Of a DNA stretch of 64,000 nt, positions 28,367 to 36,589 are shown in pieces. The position numbers and the translations under genes are program-made. The stretch spans positions 156,172 to 220,171 of the forward strand of contig CAVYFW010000006.1 of NCBI GenBank assembly GCA_963767885.1, given 5' to 3'. Source of the stretch: an uncultured Actinomycetota bacterium (GTDB lineage Bacteria > Actinomycetota > Thermoleophilia > Gaiellales > F1-60-MAGs149). Below the pieces are notes generated by a model. That model searched no databases and was not told the origin of the DNA. It saw only the letters and a list, made by a program, of their open reading frames with translations. Numbering within the stretch: the stretch's first letter is position 1; the number at the start of each line of letters is the position of its first letter.

Positions 28367-28990
28367 ATGCTCGGAGGGATGGCGACCGAGAGCCGCACCA
28401 GCGCCAGCGTCGGGATCGTGGCCTGCGGCGCCCTCGCGCTCCACGTCGGGGCGATCGCCCGCCGGCGGGGCTGGGACGTCGAGATCCACCCGCTGCCCCC
28501 GCTCCTGCACAACCGGCCGGAGCGCATCGCGCCCGAGGTCGAGGCGCTGTTGCAGCGCCTCGCCGGGCGGCACGCGCGGCTCGCCGTGGGGTACGCCGAC
28601 TGCGGCACGCGAGGCGCGCTCGACCGGGTGCTGGAGCGCCACGGGGTCGAGCGGCTGCCCGGCCTGCACTGCTACGACGTCGTCGCCGGCGCCGAGGAGA
28701 TCGCCCGGCTCTCCGCCGAGGAGCCGGGCACGTACTTCCTGACCGACTTCCTGGTGCGCTCGTTCGACCGCGTCGTGGTCGCCGAGCTCGGCCTCGACCG
28801 CTACCCCGAGCTGCGCGACGACTACTTCCGCCACTACCGCCGCGTCGTGTGGCTGGCGCAGCGCCAGACGCCCGAGCTGCTGGCCGAGGCCGAGCGCGCC
28901 GCCGCGGTGCTCGGGCTGCCGCTCGAGGTGCGACCCACCGGCGAGGACCGCCTGGAGCGCGCGCTCGCCGACCTCGTCGGCGCCGCGTAG
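28367..28990 (+). CDS. DUF1638 domain protein
   Basis: 207-aa ORF with VGIVACGALALHV...LHNRPERIAPEVEALL...VGYADCGTRGALDRVLE...LPGLHCYD...GTYFLTDFLVRSFD, the pattern I associate with DUF1638. An alternative ATG lies at 28379. Confidence 0.6.
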   Translation: MLGGMATESRTSASVGIVACGALALHVGAIARRRGWDVEIHPLPPLLHNRPERIAPEVEALLQRLAGRHARLAVGYADCGTRGALDRVLERHGVERLPGLHCYDVVAGAEEIARLSAEEPGTYFLTDFLVRSFDRVVVAELGLDRYPELRDDYFRHYRRVVWLAQRQTPELLAEAERAAAVLGLPLEVRPTGEDRLERALADLVGAA

Positions 28991-28993
28991 GCC

Positions 28994-30385
28994 TCAGGGA
29001 TCGAGCCGGAAGGGCGGGTACTCGTCACGCATCAGCGCGACGTACGCGCCGACGCGCGCCGTCCACCGGCACATGCCCACGACGAAGCGGTACAGGTCGC
29101 GCGGGTAGCGGCCGCTGAACAGCAGGGCGACGACCGCGAACAGCGTCAGCGCCCCGATCAGCCCCGGCCAGGCCACGATCGACCCCACCGGCGTGCTCCA
29201 GCTACCGCCGAGGAAGACCCCGACGACGACCAGCTGCGGGAGGGCGAGCAGCCAGCTCTTCACCAGCACCCGCCCCCGCGACAGGCGCTCCGGGTAGGGC
29301 ACCTCGAGCGTCGCCGGGTAGTCCGGCTCGGCCGCGAGCGAGAACGGCGGGTAGCGGTCGGTGCCCAGGCCGGTGAACGCGTACCAGCCGACGCGCCACG
29401 TCCAGCGCAGCACGCCCACGTTGAAGTCGAACAGCCCCCGCGGATAGCGCCCGGTGATCAGGATGGCGAAGAACGCGACGATGGTCAGCACGGCGAACGC
29501 GGCCCACAGGAACACCAGCAGGACGACGTGGGGGAGCGCGAGCAGCCACTTGATCAGCCACAGCCCGCGGGACAGCGCCGGGTCCAGCGCCGCGTCCAGC
29601 TGCACCGGGTACGCCGCGCTGGCGGCGTCCGCGCCCGCATCGGCCACCGCCGGTGCGGCCGCGGCGCCGCTGCCGTGGCGCCGGCCACGATCAGCGCGAC
29701 GGCTCCCGCCGCCGACGAGGAGCGCCGCGGCGATCAGCACGATGCCGACCCACAGGATCCAGTCGGCGTCGGCGCCGAGCTGCACGTCCGCCGCGAACCC
29801 GGGCGCGCCGTCGGCGCGCATGACCACGAGCGACCAGGCACCGCCGTGGACGTCCCAGCTCAGGGTGCGCGTTCCGGGCCCGGTCGAGGACGCCACCCAG
29901 AACGGCTGCTCGGCCGGCGGTGTCGCGCGCCGGCCGCCCTCCGCCGCCCGCGTCCGGTAGCGGAACGGGTCGAACTCGACGTGGGTGACCTCGTCGTGCG
30001 CGACGCTGCCGAGGTAGCCGGCGACCGCGTCGGACGGGCCGATGCCGACGAACAGCGGGCGACCGCCGTCCGGGGTGGCGACGACGCGCACGGAGCCGAT
30101 CTGGTCGACGATCCAGTCGGGCGCCTCGGAGGCGTCGCCGATGTCCACGCCCTCGTGCGTGAGGGCGGCCGTCGAGGTCGTGAACCGCTCGGTGGGCGTC
30201 GTGAAGTACCCGTCGGCGTCTCGCTGCGTCAGGTCGATGACGACGGCCCCCACCCCGCCGGCGAGCAGGCCGAGCGCCACCAGCGCCAGCACGCAGCCGC
30301 TGACCAGGAGGACGATGCGCCCGGCGCCCCGACGCGGCGGCGCGGGCAGGGCGTTCGGCGCTGGCTCCTCCGCGGGAGTGCTCAT
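28994..30385 (-). CDS. membrane protein with C-terminal tandem DUF4389 repeats
   Basis: 463-aa ORF. It has an N-terminal TM anchor plus an extracytoplasmic domain. Two repeats follow, of the form ...ITGRYPRGLFDFNVGVLRWTWRVGWYAF...DRYPPF and ...FSGRYPRDLYRFVVGMCRWTARVGAYVALMRDEYPPF. Confidence 0.65.
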   Translation of the reverse strand: MSTPAEEPAPNALPAPPRRGAGRIVLLVSGCVLALVALGLLAGGVGAVVIDLTQRDADGYFTTPTERFTTSTAALTHEGVDIGDASEAPDWIVDQIGSVRVVATPDGGRPLFVGIGPSDAVAGYLGSVAHDEVTHVEFDPFRYRTRAAEGGRRATPPAEQPFWVASSTGPGTRTLSWDVHGGAWSLVVMRADGAPGFAADVQLGADADWILWVGIVLIAAALLVGGGSRRADRGRRHGSGAAAAPAVADAGADAASAAYPVQLDAALDPALSRGLWLIKWLLALPHVVLLVFLWAAFAVLTIVAFFAILITGRYPRGLFDFNVGVLRWTWRVGWYAFTGLGTDRYPPFSLAAEPDYPATLEVPYPERLSRGRVLVKSWLLALPQLVVVGVFLGGSWSTPVGSIVAWPGLIGALTLFAVVALLFSGRYPRDLYRFVVGMCRWTARVGAYVALMRDEYPPFRLDP

Positions 30386-30468
30386 GGCGGCATCGTCCGG
30401 GCTCCTCCAGCTCTGGGCATCCGCGGCGTCTACGCGACCGCCCTGCGGCTAACCCGCAGCGGGACCGT

Positions 30469-31716
30469 CTACACGCGCCGCGCGGGGTCGAACGGCGCCA
30501 GCTCCGGCGCGTCGCGGCCCTCCAGCACCAGCGGGGCCAGCGCCGCCGCGGTCGCGGGCGCGAGCGTCACGCCGAGCATGCCGTGCCCCGTGGCCAGGAA
30601 GACGTTCGGCGCGGCCGGGGCGCGGCCGACCAGGGGCAGGCCGTCGGACGTCATCGGGCGCAGGCCGGCCCACTCCAGGAGCGGCGGCTCCGCGGCCGGC
30701 TTCCACGCGTCGAAGTAGGGCTCGCAGGACGCGAGCATGGCGTCGAAGCGCTTGCGGTCCAGGTCGCCGCGGCGACGGCCGAGCTCGAACACGCCGGCCA
30801 CGCGCACGCTGTCGTCGTACGAGCTGATGCCGACCTTCGCCTCGGCCAGGTACAGGGCGTGCCGCGGGCGCGTGCCGGAGTCCGCCGTGGTCAGGCTGTA
30901 GCCGCGGGCGCCGACGAGCGGCACCTTCACGCCGAGCGACGAGAGCAGGCCCGCCGACCCCGCGCCGGCGGCCAGCACCACGCGCTCGACGCGCTCCCAC
31001 GCGTCGCCGGTGCGGACGCGGACGCCGCCGCCCTCGGCCACGATCTCGTCGACGGACACGCCCTCGCGGATCTCGACGCCGTTGGCCCGCAGCCAGGCGG
31101 CGAGGCCGTCCGTCAGGCTCTGCGGCTGCACGAAGCGGTCGACCTCGGCGTGCACCGCGCCGACGATGCGGCTGCGGCTGAGCGACGGCTCCATCTCGAC
31201 GGCGGCGCCCGCCTCCAGCTCGGTGGTCGCGCCCTCGAAGCCGAGGGCGCGCAGCGAGCGGAAGAGCTCCGTGTACGGCTCGAGGCCGTCGTCCGTGATC
31301 GCCACGAGCAGCAGGCCGGACTGGTGCATCTCGAACTGGACGCCGTCGGCGGCGTACGCGTCGAACAGCTCGAGGGTGCGCGCGTTGAGCGCCACGTACG
31401 CGCGCGTGCCCTGCTCCCAGCGCGCCTGCGAGGACGCGCGGCGGAAGCCGAGGAGCCAGCGCACGAAGGTCGGGTCGGGGCTTGGCGCGATGGACAGCGG
31501 GCCGCCGCCCGTGACCAGCGACTTCATGCCGTCGCGCACGATGCCGGGGCCGGGGAGCGGATACGTGAAGCTCGGGCAGACCCAGCCGGTGTTGCCGAGC
31601 GACGCGCCCTGCCCCGCGCGGCCGCGGTCGAGGACGACCACGTCGGCACCGGCGCGCCGCAGCTCGTAGGCGCACGCCAGCCCGATGACACCTGCTCCGA
31701 CGACGATGATCCGCAT
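30469..31716 (-). CDS. FAD-dependent oxidoreductase (DAO/DadA-like)
   Basis: ATG at 31716 (MRIIVVGAGVIGLACAYELRRAGADVVVLD, a dinucleotide-binding fold). The C-terminal part has ATGHGMLGVTLAP. It is the real part of listed ORF 30469..32295. Confidence 0.85.
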   Translation of the reverse strand: MRIIVVGAGVIGLACAYELRRAGADVVVLDRGRAGQGASLGNTGWVCPSFTYPLPGPGIVRDGMKSLVTGGGPLSIAPSPDPTFVRWLLGFRRASSQARWEQGTRAYVALNARTLELFDAYAADGVQFEMHQSGLLLVAITDDGLEPYTELFRSLRALGFEGATTELEAGAAVEMEPSLSRSRIVGAVHAEVDRFVQPQSLTDGLAAWLRANGVEIREGVSVDEIVAEGGGVRVRTGDAWERVERVVLAAGAGSAGLLSSLGVKVPLVGARGYSLTTADSGTRPRHALYLAEAKVGISSYDDSVRVAGVFELGRRRGDLDRKRFDAMLASCEPYFDAWKPAAEPPLLEWAGLRPMTSDGLPLVGRAPAAPNVFLATGHGMLGVTLAPATAAALAPLVLEGRDAPELAPFDPARRV

Positions 31717-31883
31717 CGGCGGCAGCGTAGCCCGAGCCGCGGCTCGCGGGCGCGGAGCGCCGCGCGGAACGGACGTTCCGCTCCGTGGCCTGCGCCGACC
31801 GGCCGCGCCAGACCGGAGCGGCCGGGAGGGTGGGGCGGGCGGACGGCGAGCCGCGCCGTCCGCTCCTGGCCCCGATCGGTGCC

Positions 31884-32031
31884 GCGCCGCCGGGGGCAGC
31901 GGCGCGTGCGCCCCGTGGGGGTCGATCGGGCGCCGCCGGGGGCAGCAGCGCCCGATCCCCCCGAGCCTCCAGCCACACTCCCCTGAGACCGGAGACCATG
32001 TGCCGGGGGAACCGGCGCCGCCGGGGGCAGC
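31884..32031. repeat. three copies of the 17-mer GCGCCGCCGGGGGCAGC inside a 520-bp non-coding gap
   Basis: Exact copies lie at 31884-31900, 31930-31946 and 32015-32031. Copies 1 and 2 share the extra flank CGATCGG. The palindrome GGAACGGACGTTCC lies nearby at 31766-31779. No credible ORF exists on either strand. Confidence 0.6.
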
Positions 32032-32236
32032 GGCTGCCGGGTCCCCCCGGTTCCTCCGACCGCCCCTGTGGTCGGAGAAACGCTGCCGGGGGACGTCAAC
32101 ACGACGGGTGACGTACCCCGGCGCGGGACCTATCCGCGATGAAGCTCGGCTCTGGCGAAGCGAGATCGACGGTCGCGGACCGTCCCGCAATCCAGACGCG
32201 CGAGCGCTTAGGGAGCGGCGCTCGCGCGCCGCCGGC

Positions 32237-33591
32237 TTATCCGGGCCTGCCCGCTGGGCGGACGCAGATGCCGCGAGGCGGCCGCTCGCCTGCAAGTGCG
32301 ATCGGCGATCGCAGCAGCGGCGGCACGAGGAGGCTGAGGAGGGCGGTGACCAGGCCGACGAGGCCGGTGCCGACGATGCCGGCGTCCGGCGACGACGACG
32401 ACGAGGCGCTGCCGCCGCCGCCGATCGGCACGGACGGGCGCAGGGCCGGCGGGTGCGCGCGCGCCGACGAGGTCGGCGGCGGCGTCGCTGCGGGTCTCTC
32501 GACCGGCGGATCGCCGGCGAACGCGGAGTCGGCCGTCAGCGGCGGGCTCGACGTCGCCGCCACGCGCAGCCGCTTCGGCATGCGCGCGTCGGGGTCGGCC
32601 TGCTGCGCCGGCGTGACGACGGGGCCCTTGCCGGCCATGATCGTGCGCCGGGCTGCCGCCTGCAGCGCGACGGTGGCGGCCGGAGTCGGGTCGGACTGGA
32701 TCACGCGCCGGGCGCGCTCTGCCGACGGTGCCGGGTCGGGCCTCGGCACCGAGGAGTGCATCGCCTGCTCCGGGCCCATCACGACCGGGGCCTGCACGAG
32801 CGCGAGGGGCAGCACGAGGGGCTGCGCCGTCGCGCCGGCCGGCGCCACGGCCTCCGGCGCCGCAACGGGCGCCGGCAGCGCGGTGGCGGCCGCCAGCGGC
32901 GCGCTCGTCGGCGGCGGGCTCGCCAGCGGCGGCGTGGTGGACTCGGGCGTCGGGGTCGGCGCCGGGTCGGTCTTCGCCGGCGGATCTGTCTTCGCCGGCG
33001 GATCGTCTTCGCCGGGTGCTCACCGGTGGGTCGTTCTTCACCGGCGGGTCGGTCGTCGGCGGCGGATCGGTCTTGGGCGGCGGGTCCGTCGCGACCGGCG
33101 GATCGGTCTTGGGCGGCGGATCGGTCTTGGGCGGCGGATCGGTCTTCGGCGGCGGATCGGTCGCGACCGGCGGGTCCGTCGGCAGCCGGGGTCGTCGGCG
33201 CGGGCTCGACCGGTGCCGGGTCCGCGGACCCGCCCGGGATCAGCGGCGGGTCGGGCGGCGGGGTGACGACCGGCGGCTCGGGCGCGGGCTCCGGCGCCGG
33301 GGTCGGATCAGGCGTCGGAGCCGGCGCCGGGTCGACCGGTGGCGGCTCGGACGCGACGGGCGGATCGGGCGCCGGCACGGTGCCGCCGCCGGCGATCGGC
33401 GTGCTGCCGCCGCCGTCCACGGGCGCCGGCGGCGCCTCGGTGACGGACGTACCGGCCGTGGTCAGGCCGCCGAGCGCCAGGTCGCTCGCCGACGCGGTCG
33501 GCGCGAGGCAGACGAGGGCAGCCGTCAGCGCGATGCCGAGTAGCCAGCGTGCGACGGATGGGCAAGCTCGACGTTCCAAGGTGCGACCCAC
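32237..33591 (-). pseudogene. secreted proline-rich repeat protein with C-terminal hydrophobic anchor; about 2 frame breaks inside the repeat array as given
   Basis: GTG at 33591 gives the signal peptide VGRTLERRACPSVARWLLGIALTAALVCLAPTASA/SD. Next comes a Pro-rich region (PAPEPAPEPPVVTPPPDPPLIPGG). A hexapeptide array TDPPVATDPPPKTDPPPKTDPPPKTDPPVATDPPPKTDPPPTTDPPVKNDPPV follows, readable only after a shift near 33185. After a second shift near 33005 the sequence reads DDPPAKTDPPAKTDPAPTPTPESTTPP...GGGGSASSSSSPDAGIVGTGLVGLVTALLSLLVPPLLRS...*. Confidence 0.6.
32961..33180 (-). repeat. about 12 tandem 18-nt units encoding [K/A/T]TDPP[P/V/A]
   Basis: On the plus strand the units are variants of GGCGGATCGGTCTTGGGC. 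The unit near 33000 is 17 nt (GGATCGTCTTCGCCGGG), which coincides with one of the frame breaks. Confidence 0.75.
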
Positions 33592-33633
33592 GGACACCGG
33601 GCGCCCTGCCAGCTTCTCGACAGGTCCGCCCGG

Positions 33634-33652
33634 AACACATCGGAGATGTGTT
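33634..33652 (-). terminator. hairpin AACACATC-GGA-GATGTGTT (8-bp perfect stem) between the selW-like gene and the Pro-rich gene
   Basis: Read directly from the sequence. It lies about 65 nt downstream of the selW-like stop and about 45 nt upstream of the next GTG. There is no U-tract, so it could equally be an operator. Confidence 0.3.
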
Positions 33653-33715
33653 GGCCAGCACGATACCCGTCCCGGGCGCGTCCTGCCACCTTGGGCCATA
33701 CGTCCCGGTTCGCGA

Positions 33716-33976
33716 CTACAGGACCGGCGCCCCGAGCCGCTCGCGCAGCAGGGGCTCGACGTCGCCCGGGTCCGGGTAGTGGCCCAGCATCCGCTTGGTG
33801 AACACGAGCTCGCCGTCGACGTGGACGTCGAAGATCCCGCCCGTCCCCGGCACCACCTCGACGCCCCGGAGCACCGGGCCCCAGCGCTCGAGCAGCAGCG
33901 CCACCAGACCGGCGGCGTTCGAGGCGGCCCCTCAGGGGACGCAGTACTCGATGCGGACGTCGAACGTCGGGTTCAT
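33716..33976 (-). CDS. Rdx/SelW-like thioredoxin-fold selenoprotein candidate (in-frame UGA = Sec)
   Basis: ATG at 33976. Translation: [86 protein letters not shown]. The TGA at 33934-33932 is in frame with listed ORF 33716..33904 and sits exactly at the CxxC/CxxU redox position of the family (IEYCxxU; PGTGGxFxVxVDGELxF). Confidence 0.7.
33899..33917 (-). promoter_or_regulatory. candidate bacterial SECIS hairpin
   Basis: The RNA is CGCCGCC-GGUCU-GGUGGCG: a 7-bp stem (one G-U pair) with a loop containing GGUC. It starts 14 nt after the UGA. Confidence 0.5.
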
Positions 33977-34020
33977 CGCCACGGCGGGGAAGCGTGCCAC
34001 ACCCGAGCGCCCGCAGAGGC

Positions 34021-35262
34021 TCACGCCCCGATGCGCGACTCCTCGCCCGGGCGCAGCCAGGCGACCTCGCCCCCGCTGACGACGGCGGCCACGGGGTTGC
34101 GCCCGAGGCGGTACGGGACGTGCGTGAGCGGCCCGTCGAGCAGCACGAGGTCGGCGCGCTTGCCGACCTCGACGCTGCCCGCCTGCTCGTGCCGGCGCAG
34201 CACCCAGGCGGCGTTGAGCGTGGCGGCGAGGATCGCCTCGCGCGCGCTCCAGCCGTAGCGGCGCACGGCCAGGCCGACGATCAGCGGCAGCGAGAGGATC
34301 GGCGACGTCCCCGGGTTGAGGTCGGTCGCGAGGACGCAGATCGCGCCGGCGTCGGCGAGGGCGCGACCCGGCGCGGCGTGCTCGGCGTTCATGAACTCCG
34401 CCCCCGGCAGCAGCACCGCGGCGCACTCGCTGCGCGCCAGCAGGCCGACGTCGTCCGGGTGCAGCAGCGACAGGTGGTCGACGCTGCGGGCGCCCTCCTC
34501 GACGGCCACCGGGACGCTGCGCATGGTGGTCAGCTGCTCGGCGTGGCAGCGCAGGTCGAGGTCGTAGGCCCGGGCCCAGCCGGCGACGCGTCGGATGTCC
34601 TCGACGCCGAACGCGATCGACTCCACGAACAGGTCGAGCGCCTGCAGCTCGGTCTGCGCCATCAGCTCGGGCAGCGCCGCCTCGACCCGGTCGAGCCACT
34701 CCTCGCGCGTCGTGTCCGGCGGCAGCGCGTGCGCGAGCAGCCCGGTCATGCGCAGCGGCTGCGCGATGCGCGCGGCGAGCCGCCCGCCGAGGGCGAGCTG
34801 CCGCCGCTCCTGCTCGATCGAGAGCCCGTAGCCGGACTTGCCCTCCAGCGACGTCGTGCCGTGGCGCAGCATCTCGGCGGCCAGCCCCTCGGCCTGGGCG
34901 AGCACCTCGTCGTCGCTCGCCGCGGCGAGGCTGCGGGCCGACGAGCGGATGCCGCCGCCCTGGCGCGCGATCTCGGCGTACGGCACGCCCGTGACCTTCA
35001 TCTCGTACTCCTCCGCGCGCCAGCCGGCGAACGGGAGGTGCGTGTGGCAGTCGACGAGGCCCGGCACGACGGTGCAGCCGCGGGCGTCGATCGCGAGGTC
35101 GGCCGCCGGGTCGTCGTCCAGCGCCGCGATGCGGCCGTCGCGGCAGGCGATCGACCCGGCCTCCAGCCGCAGCTCGTCCGCGCGGTCGTGGCGCAGGTAC
35201 GGGAGGCCCGGCTCGGGCGGCAGCAGCACCGCGTCGGCGCCGCGCACGACGAGTGTGCTCAC
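34021..35262 (-). CDS. hutI: imidazolonepropionase
   Basis: GTG at 35262 overlaps the hutF stop (GTGA). The ORF is 413 aa and intact: [23 protein letters not shown]...GGGIRSS...SGYGL...DLNPGTSP... Confidence 0.9.
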   Translation of the reverse strand: MSTLVVRGADAVLLPPEPGLPYLRHDRADELRLEAGSIACRDGRIAALDDDPAADLAIDARGCTVVPGLVDCHTHLPFAGWRAEEYEMKVTGVPYAEIARQGGGIRSSARSLAAASDDEVLAQAEGLAAEMLRHGTTSLEGKSGYGLSIEQERRQLALGGRLAARIAQPLRMTGLLAHALPPDTTREEWLDRVEAALPELMAQTELQALDLFVESIAFGVEDIRRVAGWARAYDLDLRCHAEQLTTMRSVPVAVEEGARSVDHLSLLHPDDVGLLARSECAAVLLPGAEFMNAEHAAPGRALADAGAICVLATDLNPGTSPILSLPLIVGLAVRRYGWSAREAILAATLNAAWVLRRHEQAGSVEVGKRADLVLLDGPLTHVPYRLGRNPVAAVVSGGEVAWLRPGEESRIGA

Positions 35263-36589
35263 GCGCCGTCCTCGCGGCCGTCGACCCACGTGCGGTCGAC
35301 GCTGCGCGCCGAGCCGCTGAAGACGAGGGCCGCCGCCAGGTCGTCGTCGGCCACCCCGTGCAGCTCGTCGCCGTCCAGGCGCCAGGCGACGAGGTCGGCC
35401 GGCGCGCCCGCTCGCGATGCGCGGCTCCGGCAGGCACAGCGCGAACGCCCCGTCGGCCCAGCCCGCCCGCAGCAGCGTCGGCGCCGGGCCGTCCTCGCCC
35501 TCGCGTACGAGCACGTTGCGGCGCAGCGCGGTGCGGCGCGCGACCAGCTCGAGCTCGCGCAGCTCCTCGAGGCCGTCGATGCGCACGTTGGAGTCGGATC
35601 CCACGCACATGCGCACCCCGGCGTCGTGCAGCCGCTCGGCCGGGACGTAGCCGTCGCCGAGGTTGCCCTCGGTGGTGGGGCAGGCGCAGACGCGTCGCGC
35701 GCGTGCCGGGCCAGCAGCTCGATCTCGGCGTCGTCGCAGTGCGTGCCGTGGACGATCGTCGTGCGCGGGCCGAGCGACGTCGGTGCGGGCCAGCAGCTCG
35801 ACCGGCCGGCAGCCGTGCTCGGCGAGGCACTCCGCGATCTCGCGCGGCTGCTCGTCGGCGTGGATGTGCAGCGGGTAGCCGCGCGGCGCGCAGTGGGCGC
35901 CGATCGCCTCCAGCCAGTCCGCCGGCACCGCGCGCACCGAGTGCGGGCGCCGCTCCGACCGTGACCAGCGGCCGGACGACGGCCCAGCGCGTCGCAGGGC
36001 CTCCAGCCGCTCCAGGTACGCGTCGACGGTCGGGTCGCAGAAGCGCCGCTGCCCGGGCTCGGGCGCACGCCCCGCGCCGCGCGCGGCGCGTAGGCGACGA
36101 GCAGCAGCACGATCCGCAGGCCGACCTCCTCGGCCGCGTCGCAGACCGCCTCGGCGAGGGCGTTGGGACGCTCGTAGGGCGTGCCGTCGGGCTGGTGGTG
36201 GACGTAGTGGAACTCGCCGACCGACGGTGTAGCCGGCGCGCCGCATCTCCGCGAAGCAGCGGCGGGACGACGTCGTGGATGCGCTCCGGGTCGATGCGCG
36301 CGGCGCCGCGCGTACATCGCCTCGCGCCAGGTCCAGAAGTCGTCGTCCGGCCGCGCGGGGTCGACGCGCTCGACCGCGGCCGCGCAGGTCGCGCTGGAAC
36401 GCGTGCGAGTGGGCGTTCACGAAGACCGGGCGTCAGCAGCCGGTCGGTCAGGCGCTTGACCTCCGCGTCCGGCGGCAGCTCGGCGAGCGGGCAGGACGCG
36501 GCCGATCGCGGCGCCGCTCGAGCTCGACCGCGACGTCGCGCCGCAGCGCCGTCGCCGTCGAGCACCGCGTCGGGGACGAGGAACGTCAT
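35259..36589 (-). pseudogene. hutF: formimidoylglutamate deiminase; at least 8 frame breaks as given
   Basis: ATG at 36589 ([14 protein letters not shown]...). The recognisable pieces are spread over all three minus frames. They are [16 protein letters not shown]; [12 protein letters not shown]; [40 protein letters not shown]; [18 protein letters not shown]; [52 protein letters not shown]; [19 protein letters not shown]; [32 protein letters not shown]; and [16 protein letters not shown]...VDGREDGA*. Confidence 0.8.

Noticed and set aside
31981-32000. TPP-riboswitch-like CTGAGA box
   Set aside because: The partner ACCTGA/GGGG elements are not in the required arrangement, and the context (an oxidoreductase gene) does not fit.
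32961-33180. Tandem 18-nt repeats as a possible CRISPR array
   Set aside because: The units are contiguous with no spacers and only 18 nt long. They encode an in-frame hexapeptide repeat inside a secreted protein.
31685-34258. ORFs 31685..34258 (plus, 857 aa) and 32139..33266 (plus, 375 aa)
   Set aside because: They lie antisense to the Pro-rich secreted protein and the selW-like gene. They are Gly/Arg repeat translations of the complementary strand of the TDPPP array.
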